DNA of 64,000 bases from Podarcis bocagei. Taxonomy: Eukaryota. The notes below the pieces were generated by a model. That model was not told the DNA's origin, ran no database searches, and saw nothing but the letters and a program-made list of their open reading frames with translations. Both the position numbers and the translations under genes were made by a program. The stretch is taken from the NCBI GenBank assembly GCA_964188305.1, contig OZ076887.1, one strand, 5' to 3'. This document shows, piece after piece, positions 13,330 through 25,830 of this stretch (positions within the stretch are counted from its first letter, which is position 1; every line of letters begins with the position of its first letter).

Positions 13330-13671
13330 AGGTAAAGGTACCCCTGACCATTAGGTCAAGTCACGGACGTCTCTGGGGTTGCACACGAATCTCACTCTAT
13401 AGGCCAAGGGAGCTGGCATTTGTCCACAGACAGCTTTCGGGTCATGTGGCCAGCATGACTAAGCCGCTTTTGGCGAACCAGAGCAGTGCACCTTCCCGCC
13501 GGAGCGGTACCTATTTATCTACTTGCACTCGACGTACTTTTGAACTGCTAGGTGGGCAGGAGCCGGGACCGAACAACGGGAGCTCACCCCGTCGTGGGGA
13601 TTCGAACTGCTGACCTTCTGATCAGCAAGTCCTAGGCTCTGTGGTTTAGACCACAGCACCACCCGTGTCCC
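13330..13671 (-). mobile_element. Sauria SINE, near full length
   Basis: tRNA-like head and ACCTTT tail. 14-bp TSD tttagagctcctaa (13316-13329, 13672-13685). Confidence 0.95.
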
Positions 13672-13935
13672 TTTAGAGCTCCTAAGCTTTGTGTAAACCC
13701 TGAACTGGAACTTTTTTGGACTCTGTTGCACTGGAGCACGTTATACAACACAAAGCAGATTCACTTAAATTTCAAATAATATCTAGCCTTAAGACTGCCC
13801 GCATGGGGTACAGCAGGGGGCCCAGATTTGTAGCATTTTAAAAAAATGAAATCTATCAAATATATCTGAAGAAAGTTAGAGCAGAAAATGCAGAGGCAGC
13901 TGTAAGGCTTCAGTATGCAGCAGGCAGGCACTGGT

Positions 13936-13993
13936 GTTGCTAGGGGCGCTTATTCACTGTTGCTAAGCAATCAGAGGAAGAAAATATGGCTGC
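13936..13993. promoter_or_regulatory. Candidate cis-regulatory motif cluster (two RFX X-box-like sites and a YY1-like site)
   Basis: GTTGCTAGGGGC at 13936, GTTGCTAAGCAAT at 13959, AAAATATGGCTGC at 13981. Motif match only. Confidence 0.35.
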
Positions 13994-15522
13994 TTCCATG
14001 TGGGATATGGAAGGAGCCCCCCCCCCCCCGCAAGAGGAGAAAAAGCAGGAGAGGCTAATGGTTTCTGGCCTGAAACTGGCTAGAGGAGGATACAGGAGTA
14101 TGTCTGTTTAAGTACTGTCCTCCACACACAAATTATTTCATTCACTTCCCAAGTGTGCTGCCTTTGCAGAATGGAATGTAATCGGCTGGCTTTGGTGTTT
14201 TTATTTTACTCAAAAGTAATTCCCCTGAGAAAAAATTAGGCTTCCTTCCTGCTTAGGAAAAAAAAAGTGCTATTGCAATCCCCCACCCAGTTCTCCTTGT
14301 CCCCCACCCAGTCTGCTTGTCAGAACTGGACTGTCACTTACCAATATACAGTAAACATACACAATAACAGAAAATGATTCAGCAAACAGCTTACAGCAGC
14401 AGCAAGTTAAAATTCCTATACACTGTAGACATGGATACTTTTTGCATGGCAAAATGTTTTGTGTATGAATTTGCTGAGAGTTGTGAAATTGCGCATATTT
14501 GTTGCTGCTTGTATATTTTTTTAATCTTGGTTTTACTCATTCAAGGCTGTGTCTTCCTGTTCCCACTTTTATTTTCATAACAGCCCTGTGTTTCTTTTGC
14601 TGCTTGATTTATTTTTCAAAATCCCCTCCCCAGCATGGTCCTTTACAAGCCTTAAACTCAAATTTAAAAATCTCACACAAAATGTATAGCTTACGTTATG
14701 AAATGAAAACCCCCTACTTTGAAGCTGTAGAATCTAAGGCACAGAAATACGATGCATAGCAACACTTGCCTAAGTACAGACATGTAGGATTGTCAAGTTT
14801 TAGACAGACCTCCTGGACTTTTACCAGCTGCAACCAGCTGAAAGCCAATAGATGAAGCTGTTGGCTGTGTGAAGATGCAGTGAAGGGAAAAGCTGTACCT
14901 CCCAAATTTCCTGCTGTCTTTCATTTGTTAAAGGTACATCAGCCTTCCCAAAATAAGAAGGGAACACTGGTGGCTGTTGCCCATTGGGACTGGTCAGGTG
15001 CAAGGCAAGGGATGAGAGCCAATGACAGGCAGAGCTGCCCCAGCTGGTTGTATGTTAGAAGACAGGCACGACCCCACTCGCCCTGCTGAACTAGTAGCCT
15101 CTACCTGGAAGGCTATGCTAGTAACGTCCGATAATAATCTTTACACTGCTAAGAGATCCACAAGAAATAAGAGCCACATTCTTGGTGGGAAACTAGTAAA
15201 TTACAATACAGTACAAATTTCATAAGGATGAAAAAATGTAGCTGAGCTCTGAACACAAGTAAAGATTTTATGATGAGTATTTTTCCCATAAAACCTGAAC
15301 CATCTCACTGCACACTAAGATGAGCTTAATGAACTCCTAATGTGGGACAAGTGTTTTCTATTAGTGCTTAGATGTTGTAAAATGTCATTTATAGAGAATT
15401 ACACGATCATTTCTGGCAAGTGGAATTCTGATCAATACAGTTATGGAAGCCAGTCTAGCTTTTAAAAAATCTTATTCTGTGGTTCGTATGCATATCAGTA
15501 TCTTCTGAAAGATGATTAGGTA

Positions 15523-15523
<1 letters not shown>

Positions 15524-15575
<52 letters not shown>

Positions 15576-15684
15576 TCTTTATACCCCACCCATCTGGCTG
15601 GGTCTCCCCAGCCACCCTGGACAGCTTACAACAAAGTATTAAAATACAGTGGTCTGTTAAACATTAAAAGCCTCCCTAAACAGG
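15524..15684 (-). mobile_element. Short L2 3' end with (AAT)n tail
   Basis: Matches the L2 3' terminus of the other copies. Confidence 0.85.
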
Positions 15685-15859
15685 TATCATATCATAGCTA
15701 GTTTTTTTATATATAATTAATACTTTAATCAAAGTTTTAACTAAACAAACAAGCAAAAAAAAAACCCCACAGTGAGAAAAAGTAAAGGTATCCCATGAGG
15801 GGCTGGGCTGGGTGAACAATGGTGTCTCTCAATATCCAAAGAATAATCCATAGGAAGTT

Positions 15860-16350
15860 CCAGCAGATCTCTTGGGTGGGTCACAATTAATGTTGCTGGG
15901 TTGCCCCATGCCTCTCTTTACCACACCCCGACAATGCATATTGTATTTCTGCAGGGCTCTCCATCATTGTCTTCATGACTTTAAGGAGGTTATGTGTAGA
16001 GTTCTTTTAGTCCTCAACACCAGAGACACCAATTTTCCAGACAGCCCAGCTTCTGTTCCATGTGATCTGCAGAAGTCACCACACATGCATTTTGATCTCA
16101 GCTACATTGGTGGAACTTGTTTGTAGAACCTCCATAATGGAGGTGTTGGAAGGTGGTGAGGGTGTGGCACCATCCAACACAGAATTGCAAGTGGTGAGAC
16201 CAGCCTCTGCTTTTATACTGCCCCTGTTTGGCATTGTTACAGCTACACGTTTCCTCGGTGAGAGTGCAGTTCTAGCCCTCGCAACGTATTTTCTGCTCCA
16301 ACACTACCGTCCTCCACAATAGTCAACTGAAAGCCCCCCAAGTACATCCA
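15860..16350 (-). mobile_element. Ancient RTE-clade LINE ORF2 3' fragment
   Basis: Minus-strand translation across frameshifts gives YLGG..IVEDGSV..ARARTAL..KRV..IKAE..SVLDGA..VAEIKM..LLQITW..VKRGMGQP, in the order expected for the RTE C-terminus. Confidence 0.5.
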
Positions 16351-16834
16351 GCTTCCAAAACAAATTGCTGTAATTAAATCAGGCCCTGGAGCTTGTCCTG
16401 CTGCTCCTACTCAGGCACAATATTTGACTGACACCTGTACTTTGAAAGGGTACAGCCAGAAACACATATCATCACTTGTTTATTTTTTAGAAGCTGAAAA
16501 TCAGATTTGCACAGCAAACTTCCATGCCAAAAAATTCAGGCTATGAACCGAAGGGAAGAAGAAAATTGCAATATACAGTATATGAGTTACCACCTGGAAT
16601 TTACAGTTATTACTTAATCCACAAACATCCTAGACTTTGTACTGAAGTCATTTGGAATAATTTGATTACGTTTCAGTGAGCTGTTGACAGGAGAGTCTGT
16701 TATTGAATTTAGCTTGTTATGGGACATTCTCTACAAAACAGGAGCTCATCTCAAGGGGAAAGTTTAAAAGGTTAGGCTATATTAAAGCTGATGAATCCCT
16801 TTGTTTTAAACTATTATAACATTTATACTGCAGT

Positions 16835-16961
16835 TACAGATGGGTAGCCGTGTTGGTCTGCCATAGTCCAAATAAAAAAATTCCTTCCTGTAGCACCTTA
16901 AAGACCAACTAAGTTAGTTCTTGGTATAAGCTTTCGTGTGCATGCACACTTCTTCAGATAC
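16835..16961. mobile_element. Penelope-like element terminal fragment
   Basis: ggtagccgtgttggtctg...gtagcaccttaaagaccaac...taagctttcgtgtgcatgcacacttcttcagatac; same family as 30556. Flanked by actgcagt repeats (16827-16834, 16962-16969). Confidence 0.75.
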
Positions 16962-17042
16962 ACTGCAGTGGCTGTAAAATATCAGGGAATGTTTTATTGG
17001 AGGTGCAAGATACATGGCGTGTGTTTGTTCGCATGCACAGAT

Positions 17043-17160
17043 CTGTAGCTCAGTAGTAGAGCAAATATTCAGAGAATGCCAGGTTTGGTCCTCCAGACAG
17101 GGCTGAAAAAGATTCCTGTCTGACCGCAACCTGCACAACTGCAGCCAGTCACTGATACCT
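17043..17160 (+). mobile_element. Decayed tRNA-headed SINE (Squam2-like)
   Basis: gtagctcagtagtagagca head; body related to 36963 and 39862. Confidence 0.6.
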
Positions 17161-18106
17161 TTGGGCAAGACGGATTCTCCAGCTTTCTGGTTTTAGGAGG
17201 AAATCTGAGCTGTCTTGTTTTATTCCTTTTCTAATAATTTTCACTGGTTGGATAGGTGTCTGTTTCCATAGATCCTTCCATGTGGCAATGGACTAGAATA
17301 CATACACAATGCTAAGTGGATCGAAATTCAAATAGCTTGAGAGGTATTACAGTGTGGTAATCCAGGCAATATTTTGAGGAGGCTGAAAGATGACAGAATC
17401 ACACTCTGATCATTGACTGATTCCCCCCCCCCCCAGGTTTGTAGTTTTGTATTATGTTTATATTTTTCATAGCTGTTATGGTTAACTAATGGGATAAACC
17501 CTACTCCATTTTCACTTTTGGATTTACAGGGAAGATGCAAAGGCTTGCTCAAAGTATGGCAACAAAGATTAAATATCCTCACCTGAAGGAAATGCAACAT
17601 CCTTGGAAACAGGATTTTCATCTCATTAGTGGTGGGTCTCATTTGAAGGCTATTTCTTGTCTGAATTCTTTTTCATAAGCTGGGGCTGACCTAGAATAGA
17701 AAGATAACTTTCCAGTCTCATAAATGATTAAAATGGCAAATGGCATTAAAAACCCTCAAGTCTTTGATAAGAAGCTTCCATTTTGCTTCTGGCCTGTTCT
17801 CTTCATTTGGCACTTCCCAAGTTTTTCTGTCTTCCTGTTCTCCTGATAGCTGTCCCTCCCACCCCAGTTTCTTGAAATAGTTTTCCATTTCTCTTTTCCT
17901 TTCTAAGACGTAGCTTCAGAAAGCAAAGTAGTCTATCATTTTATTTAAGATTTAATATGGTGTCAGTGAAAGGTCATCCTTCATCCTGAAAAAAATGGCT
18001 TTTGTGGAATATTTTACCATAATCCTATTTCTTCTGTGTGGGACACCATAGACAGAACAGATACAACTTTAATTGAGAGCCTGGTCTTATATGTACCTGT
18101 GTAGCA

Positions 18107-18985
18107 GAACATGAGAAGAGTAATCCTGGATCAGACCAAATATCCTTCTAGTCCAGCATCTTCTGTTCAACAGTGCCCAACCAGAAAACTTGCAAGAAGG
18201 GTGTGATGGCAATAGTCTTCTCCCACTATTGACTCCTGAAAAGGGAGGTTCAATTTACCTGTCATGGCTAATAACCATTGATAGACCTGTCCTGAGTGCA
18301 TTTGTCTAATTGCCTTTCTAGCTTGTCTAAGACAGGTGCCATCGCTACATGCTGCGGCTAAGAATTCCATAAATTCCAACGCGGTGTGATGAAGTATTTC
18401 CTTCAATTGGTCCTGAAACTTGTGCCTGTCAATTTCAGTGATGACCCCAAGTTAAGAACACAAGAAGAGCCTGACTGTATCTGACCAAATGCCCATCTTG
18501 TCCGGCATCCCACCAGAGTGGCCAAACGGATGCTCATGGGAGGTGGGACAGGAACCCAGTAGCATTCTCCCACCTGTGCTTCCCAGCGACTGGCATTCAG
18601 TGGCATACTCCTCAGATTCTGAAGGTAATATAGCCATGATACCTAGTAGCCACTGTAGACTTATCCTTATCCTCCATGAGTTTGCCTAATCTCCCTTTTA
18701 AAGCCGTCCAAGTCACTGGTCACCACCACATCTGCGTGAAGAACTACTTCCTTCTGCCTTCTCTGAATCACCCACCACTCAGCTTTACTGGATGACCTCA
18801 GGTTCTAGTATGGTGAAACAGGGCAAAAAACCAACAACTATCCACTTTCTCCGCACCATACATAATGTTACACATCTCTATTGTATTGTAAGGTGTTATA
18901 CACCTTACTTGCCTTTCTTCATCTAACATAAAAAGCTCCAAAGGTTGCAGCCTTTTCTCACAGGTGAGTTCTTCCAGTCACCTCA
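18107..18985 (-). mobile_element. Two adjacent CR1 3' fragments
   Basis: gaacatgagaagag..ctggatcagacc motif at 18107, repeated at ~18456; CR1 ORF2-end sequence follows each. Confidence 0.75.
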
Positions 18986-18989
18986 TAAC

Positions 18990-19680
18990 GAAAGATGGAG
19001 CAAGCTCATGGAAGATGGAGCAAGTTTGTTTTCTGTTGCCCCAGAGTGTAAGATCTGAACCAATGCATCTGAATTACAAGAAAGGAGATTCCAGCTAAAA
19101 ATTAGGAATAACTTTCAATGATAAAATGTATGTATGTATGTATGTATGTATGTATGTATGTATGTATGTATTATTTATATGCCGCCCATCTGACTGGGCT
19201 GCCCCAGCCACTTTGTGTTGCTCCCAACAGAATATTGAAAACACAATAAAGCACTGAACGTTAAAAAAGGGCTGCCTTCAGATGTCTTCCACAAGTCAGA
19301 TAGTTGTTTATTTCCTTGACATCTGATAGGAGGGAATTACACAGGGTGGGCGCGACTACTGAGAATGCCCTCTGCCTGGTTCCATGTAACCTCACTTCTC
19401 ACAGTGAGGGAACCACTGGAAGGCCCTCAGAGCTGGACCTCAGTGTCCGGGCTGGAAGATGCAGGTGGACACGCTCCTTCAGGTATACAGAGCCACAGGT
19501 ATACAGGTATACATTTATGTCTGGCAGCGATAGCTGTTTGATATTGGAAAGGACTACCTCAGAAGGCAGTGGACTCTTCTTCATGAAAGCTTTTTTAACA
19601 GAAGTTGGATGGACATCCGTCAGGAATTTTTTTGGTTGTGATTCTTGCCTTGCAGTGGGCTGAACTAAATGAACCTTGGG
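18990..19680 (+). mobile_element. CR1 3' fragment interrupted by an L2 insertion
   Basis: gaattacaagaaaggagattccagctaaaaattaggaataacttt before the insertion; cagaaggcagtggactct..cagaagttggatggacatccgtcagga after it. Confidence 0.7.
19127..19488 (-). mobile_element. L2 3' end with (TATG)n tail
   Basis: Minus strand encodes YLKERVHLHLPARTLRSSSEGLPVVPSL; 3' end shared with the other L2 copies. Confidence 0.88.
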
Positions 19681-21370
19681 CTGACCTGTTTTGCGTTTTA
19701 TTCAGTTCTACAATATTCATTTTCGTTTGCAGGAGTAGAAGGTATTCTAGACCTTTTCATAAGCTGCCACGGTGCCTATGCTAAATATGTGAAATACCTA
19801 GAGGGGAAGTGGGATTGACCCTGCTGCCCCCACTCCAGACATGCACATGCTTGGCACCCACATTCTGATGATATGGACATTCTCCATATGCATCTGGGAT
19901 GAGTATAGCAAAAAGGAAGGAGAGTTGCCCAGCTGTCATGAAATGTGGGTGTTAGGAAATTTGTCCGCCTCTAACCTCTCGATTCACACAAGGTGCCACA
20001 AAGCTATTGCAGCATTGACTACAAAACTAAAAGCCTGTCCGACGACTAGAATTGCCTCTGCCAAGCAAATGGAGAATGGAATATTGAACGTCCCCTTTAA
20101 CTTCCCACCATTTCCTTTTATCTCATCTTGCAGGCAGCACAACCAAATGACAGTAAGTGGTCATTAACGAGAAATAAATATGACTTATCTGTTTTGTTTT
20201 CAGACTCGCATACGCTGGGAAATAAATGGCAGCGAGGGAACAGCAGGTGCAGCCACACCAGAACACCAATGAATTAAATTTAGCCCACTCTAATGGTTTT
20301 CTAATGACTTCACCCCAGCCTGTAATGAGGGTGGCGAAAAGCACAAAACCTAGGAATGAACCTTGCAGAATCACACTCGAGACGTCTTCCCAATTCAATT
20401 TCCTGCTCACTGTTCAGTTGCTAACAGGTTGGAAAGAATGAGGTGGATAATCCATCTAGCTGCTGCTCTTCTGTTATTTCACATTCAGGGGCCCAGTGCA
20501 CAGATGTTTCCGCAGCAGCCTTGCAGGCGGCACAAAGCCTAGCATCAATTTTCCATCACAAAGACTGATGCTCTTCTGTCCCTGCCCTGCCCAGGAGTTC
20601 ACATGGTAGATTCATTTGAACCCGATGGTCGTATATTGCCACTGATCAGGTGTGCCTCTTCAGTATACCTGATTCCACTTTCCCTTAAGGCACAGTTATA
20701 TATGTGAGCTTCCTAAGCTGCAAAGGAGGTGAATTAAACTGAATCAACTGCTTGTCCTAATGTAGAAAATGTAAACTCAGACATTCAAGCCATGGCATGC
20801 TTTGCTGTGGTTTCTTGTTAAGAGCTCAGCGGTGGGATGCAGACGGAGAATTGCTTGAGCTACTAGGCGATCTCTGCCAAAGATTGTGATGGAATGGTAG
20901 GCTGCAGAATGCTCTTTCTCATTCAGAGGTGCTCAGAGCTGCTCTGCTTTATTTTTGCAAAGGATTCTTCTGCTAAGCACCACATCCTAAACCCCCATAA
21001 GGAATGCATTATGGGGCACAGCTTGTCTCAGCCATATGCAATATGGGCCAGTATCTGCTGGGTTCAACTAAATTAGAAAGAACTAAAAGTCTTAGTTACA
21101 CCCTCTCCTGGAAGCAAATGCTGTACCAATGGTTACAGGAAGTTGGTATGTATTATGTCAGATTTACATTCTATTCATTTTTATTTTTATTTCTTTTATT
21201 TATCTTTTTCTGTTTCCTTTTTATTTTGGCAAATTTGATTCTGTTCATTTAGGCCTTAATTGAGACCATAGATTTCTACAGGAGTTAAATTAGCAGAGCA
21301 GAGTTTAAAAGATACTTGGATCTAAAGAAGAGTAGGCAGAATTGTAGTTTCCAAGCTTCTCAACACACTA

Positions 21371-21621
21371 GGGCAGGCAAACTAAGGCCCAGGGGCCGAA
21401 TTTGGCCCAATCGCCTTCTAGATCCGGCCTGCGGATTGTCCAGGAATCAGCGTGTTTTTACATGAGTAAAATGTGTCCTTATATTTAAAATGCATCTCTT
21501 GGTTATTTGTGGGGCATGGGAATTCATTGAGATTTTTTCCCCTTCAAAATATAGTCTGGCCCCCCACAAGGTCTGAGGGACAGTGGACCGGCCCCCTGCT
21601 GAAAAAGTTTGCTGACCCCTG
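21371..21621. mobile_element. Non-autonomous hAT element (~250 bp)
   Basis: gggcaggcaaact...agtttgctgacccctg termini; colinear with 32386-32879. Confidence 0.85.
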
Positions 21622-23261
21622 CACTACAGCCTCCATATGACCCCGCCTGCCACTCCTGAGAGTCACAACTCTCTAAAATGGTGTGTGTGGAGCTGCAACA
21701 GGAGTCGGAAATTGTAAGAATTTGACAGAGTGACATTACAGGCAACTCCTAAGCAGTAAAATGGAATGCCAGTGACCATTGTACATTTACAACTGAGAAA
21801 GTGAAAGGAAGAAATGACCAATTTCAAGTAGCTGAGACAGGATTATTCTCAATAGTGTTGAATAGACTCCCCACAACTTCCACCGAGTTCTATGAAACTA
21901 CACTAACTATGCCAGAACAGCAGAGGAAAGTTACTGTAAAATAAAGAATAAGAAAGAACTGTATTGAAGAAACTGAAAAGGGCAGGTGTTTCAAGAGGTC
22001 CAAATGTACTGTCTCATGTATGCATCCCTTATGAAATTGTCTCTAATTACACATTATCAATAACTGGCAAGCGCCATAGGGAGGGTGGAAAGAAGATTTT
22101 TGAAGCTAAATCATTATCCGTGTTTATATCATCAAAGCGGCAAGAGGTCTTCCGAGAATCAGTTTTCATTAACTAGAAAAACAAACACCCCAAAATAATT
22201 GGATGCAAAAGGGAGATTGCTCTGAAATCATTTAGAATGGAGTTGAAGTCTGCTTTGTAAGTGTTCCTAAGTCCCTGGAAGTGTGTATGAGTCACTTTGG
22301 CTCACTCTGGAGGGTAGAGTAGCACTGATAATTAGATGTTTGAAGGGATACTTTCACATATCTCTGTTGCCTCCCCTGTATCGAATTTTATTTTGTGAGC
22401 CCTTCAGGCCTGGGATAAATCCTATTGCACTTTGTAAACAGCATGCAGAGTAAAAGCATTATGTAAATAATAAATATTAATAATAGGAGCTAGAAACTTT
22501 AATGTTTAAAGCTGTTATTTAGGAAGAATTATTCAATGCCTAATAGTATGCACTATATATATATATTTATTATCATCACCATCATTAGTACAGATTCACA
22601 AAATTTTGCCCACTAAAGAGCTCTAGCTTTATTTATTTTTGCTAAAGCACAGCAGCAGAGGAGTTTTTTCAATGTCAAAAGCCTTATTTTAAAAAAAATA
22701 CCATGTTACTCCGCTACAGCAACAGCAACAAGAACACAGAGATCTTCAGAACTCCACAAGCAACATTCTATATAGCTCCACACTGTGAAGTCTAATGGAG
22801 AAACAAGCACCAGAAAGCTTGTTCAAATCTGCAGACTGAAAACTGTATTGCCCTAATATGGATTATGGAGGAAAGTAAACCCCTTTTATACCCAACTTGA
22901 AAGACCCTGGCCTATATGTCTGCAATTTGGCAGTCTTTATCCACCCCAAATGATGGAGACTCTTGTGCCTATAAATTTCATCCACTTTGGCCAAAAGCAG
23001 AAAAATTATGTGTGTTTTTAGATGCCTCATTATTGTGAATGGATAAACTAGAGCTTTGTTTTATACATAGCAGCATGGAACCCAAGTAAGAGACTGGGGC
23101 ATAGAAAGCACAGAGCATCTCAGAAACAGGTCATCATTTTTTTTCTTTGCAGGGATACAGAAACAAGTCAAATCTAGGAGCTGGTACATACCTATACCAC
23201 AAACCCTCTAGAAACCAGTGGAACATTCAAGCATGTTGATGGAGTCTTCAGCCACAATCCA

Positions 23262-23385
23262 GGTTGTTGTTGTTGTTGTTGTTGTTGTTCTTCTTCTTGT
23301 TATAATTTGTATACTGCCCTATACCAGTAGATCTCAGGGCAGTTCACAACATAAAATCACAATATAAAAAAACACAAAATACCCA
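23262..23385 (-). mobile_element. LINE (L2-like) 3' terminal fragment with (GTT)n/(CTT)n tail
   Basis: Microsatellite abutting tttgtatactgccctat..gatctcagggcagttcacaac. Confidence 0.55.
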
Positions 23386-23457
23386 ATGATGTGTTATGGG
23401 ATAATGGATGGATGTAGTACACTTCTGGCACTTTGCACTATAGTACCCCTCCCCCCA

Positions 23458-23812
23458 GGGACGCGGGTGGCGCTATGGGTTAAACCATAGAGACTAGGAC
23501 TTGCTGATCAGAAGGTCGGCGGTTCGAATCCCCGCGACGGGGTGAGCTCCCGTTGCTCAGTCCCTGTTCCTGCCAACCTAGCAGTTCGAAAGCACGTCAA
23601 AGTGTAAGTAGATAAATAGGTACTGCTGTGGTGGGAAGGTAAATGGCGTTTCCGTGCGCTGCTCTGGTTTGCCAGAAGCGGCTTCGTCATGCTGGCCACA
23701 TGACCTGGAAGCTGTACACAGGCTCCCTCAGCCAATAAAGTGAGATGAGCGCCGCAACCTCAGAGTCGGTCACGACTGGACCTAATGGTCAGGGGTCCCT
23801 TTACCTTTACCT
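23458..23812 (+). mobile_element. Sauria SINE, full length, CpG-rich
   Basis: gggacgcgggtggcgct head, B box ggttcgaatccc, ccctttacctttacct tail. TSD tacccctcccccc / tacccctctcccc. Confidence 0.95.
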
Positions 23813-24679
23813 TACCCCTCTCCCCTGAGTTGCTCAACAGTTTTTTAAACTCAGCCAGAAGAGCAGGCACAAAACACACACCGTCTTGAGAGTAGGAGAG
23901 TATATTTCTTAAAGCATCTCATATTTTAATTGCTTTGAAGTGGATTGTTTAGGCAGTCTATTAATATGTGCTCTCAGCAAGTGCATTTACTGTGCATCTG
24001 TGAAGCTGGGATCGATTGAATTCACACACCTCCTTGGACAGAGCTGGCATTCTGGGTACGCAGAGCATGCAATGGTTGAGTGCAATACACTGGAGGCTTG
24101 AAGACATTAATATCTGGAGCTACTGTAAGATGAGGATTCTGCTTTCATAGGAAGAAGTAATGATTCCTTCTCAGGCTTCCTGGCTGCTGGCACTCAGCGA
24201 GGAAATTTATGACAAGAGCAAGAGCTCTCGGCATGAAGGACACGCCATGGTCAAATCTCTGGGTGATGATATATGTGTGTACACACCGGTAAATGTAATA
24301 CTGTAGTATATTCATCACCTTGGGCGTTGCATAACTCATTTCAACAGTCTGTGATAGTGGAAATAATAAAGCACAGATTTAAGAGAGCATTTCCACAGGC
24401 AAAGAACATTCAAAACTGTGCAACTTACTAATGTCAAGTTTGGTTTGGAGGTGGATAAGTGCATAGCCTGGACGATTCAAACCGTTTGGACATATAGACA
24501 ATTATTATTTATTTGATTTACTAGCTGCCCAACACAACACATTTCTTGGTGGCTTGTATACACAAAAGCCACCATCAAGTTTAAAAGTATGACAATACTA
24601 AAAGCAATAAAATCAAATAATGAAAAACAAAAAAACAACTTTTAGAACCCCAGACACAGAGAAGCAGAAATGTGCATGA

Positions 24680-24890
24680 TTATTTATATATTTATTGCAT
24701 TTTTATCCCACCGTTCCTACACAGAGCTACATGGTTCTCATCCTCCCCATTTTATCCTCACAACGACCCTGTGAAGTAAGTTAGACTGAGAGCAAGTGAC
24801 TGTCTCAAGGTTTTTGGCTGAGTGGGGATTTGAACCCTGGTCTCCCAGGTCCTAGTCTGACTCTCTAAGCACTACACTACACTGGTTCTC
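24680..24890 (-). mobile_element. CORE/MIR-like SINE (Squam3-like), nested in an old L2-like 3' end (~24500-25070)
   Basis: cccattttatcctcacaacgaccctgtgaagtaag; gggatttgaaccctgg B box; cactacactacactggttctc head. Confidence 0.75.
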
Positions 24891-25531
24891 TCTCTACACT
24901 ATCATAATCTGGGGAAACAGTTGCATCTTAACTTGGTGCTGAAAGGATGTTAATGTCAGTGCCAGGTGGGCCTCACTGGGGAGTGCATTGCATAGACACC
25001 AGGCTGCAACCAAAATGACTCTCTCCCTTGTTGCCACCTACCAAACCACTCTCAGTGAAGGTGCATTTTTAAAGTGAAAATGCAGCACTTTTTTTCCTCT
25101 GCTCAGTACTTTTTTTAAAAAAGGATAAAAAGTTATTAGCTGTAACTCAGATCTTGAGGATGAATAAGGGACCAAAACAATACAACAACTGTCATAAATG
25201 AACAGGTGATAAAGACACTGCTGACATTTGTGCGTAGGGAAGTTTAAATTTTAACTGTATGGGTTGCTATCAAACAAAGCCTCTCACAAGTGGTCATTCC
25301 AGATAGAACAAGGCTTGCTTCTCATGTTACAAGACCTTCGAATGGTCAGAGCCGACCCAGTCATTAGGCAGTGAGGTAACTGCCTCAGGCAGCAGATGCT
25401 GGGAGCCAACATTCTCCTAATTTAGCATATTGCCCTCAAGGGCCTCTCTAAACAGCACCCTTTAAACTAGCCTGTTACCCTCAGGTGCCAGGGAGGATGC
25501 TATTCTATTTCCAGAGTAACATTTAACTGTC

Positions 25532-25830
25532 ATAAGAATATAAAGAAAGCCTGCTGGATCAGACCAAAAGGCCATCTGATTCAGCATCCTGGCCCCACAG
25601 TGGCCAATCAGATGCCTATGAGAAGCCCATAAGCAGAACATTGGGGCAGCAGCACTCCCTCTACTTGCAATTCCCAGCAGCTAGTATTTAGAGACAGGAC
25701 ACCTCTGGAATGTGATGTACAACACAGCCACCAAGGATAGTAGCCACTGACAGTCTTACCCACCATCAGTTTGCCTAATCTCCCTCTAAAGACATCCAAG
25801 TTAGGGGAGCAAATTCCACATTTTATGCTC
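25532..25830 (-). mobile_element. CR1 3' fragment inside an older DNA-transposon relic (~25347-25925)
   Basis: ataagaatataaagaaagcctgctggatcagaccaaa..cagcatcctg..cagtggccaatcagatgcc. Confidence 0.75.

Noticed and set aside
19733-19741. Possible 9-nt microexon (tttgcag|GAGTAGAAG|gtattc)
   Set aside because: Weak donor, adjacent to a CR1 tail, and no host gene identified.
20204-20246. Possible coding exon TRIRWEINGSEGTA after a good acceptor
   Set aside because: Poor donor (gtgcag), an in-frame stop soon after, and no recognised protein.
23458-23535. tRNA-like A/B boxes
   Set aside because: These are SINE heads continuing into a SINE body and tail, not tRNA genes.
23508-23735. Recurring ORF with LPGHVASMTKPLLANQSS (also 33434, 55531, 60361; partial at 48093), resembling a small gene family
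   Set aside because: Antisense translation of Sauria SINE copies, with inconsistent frames and ends.
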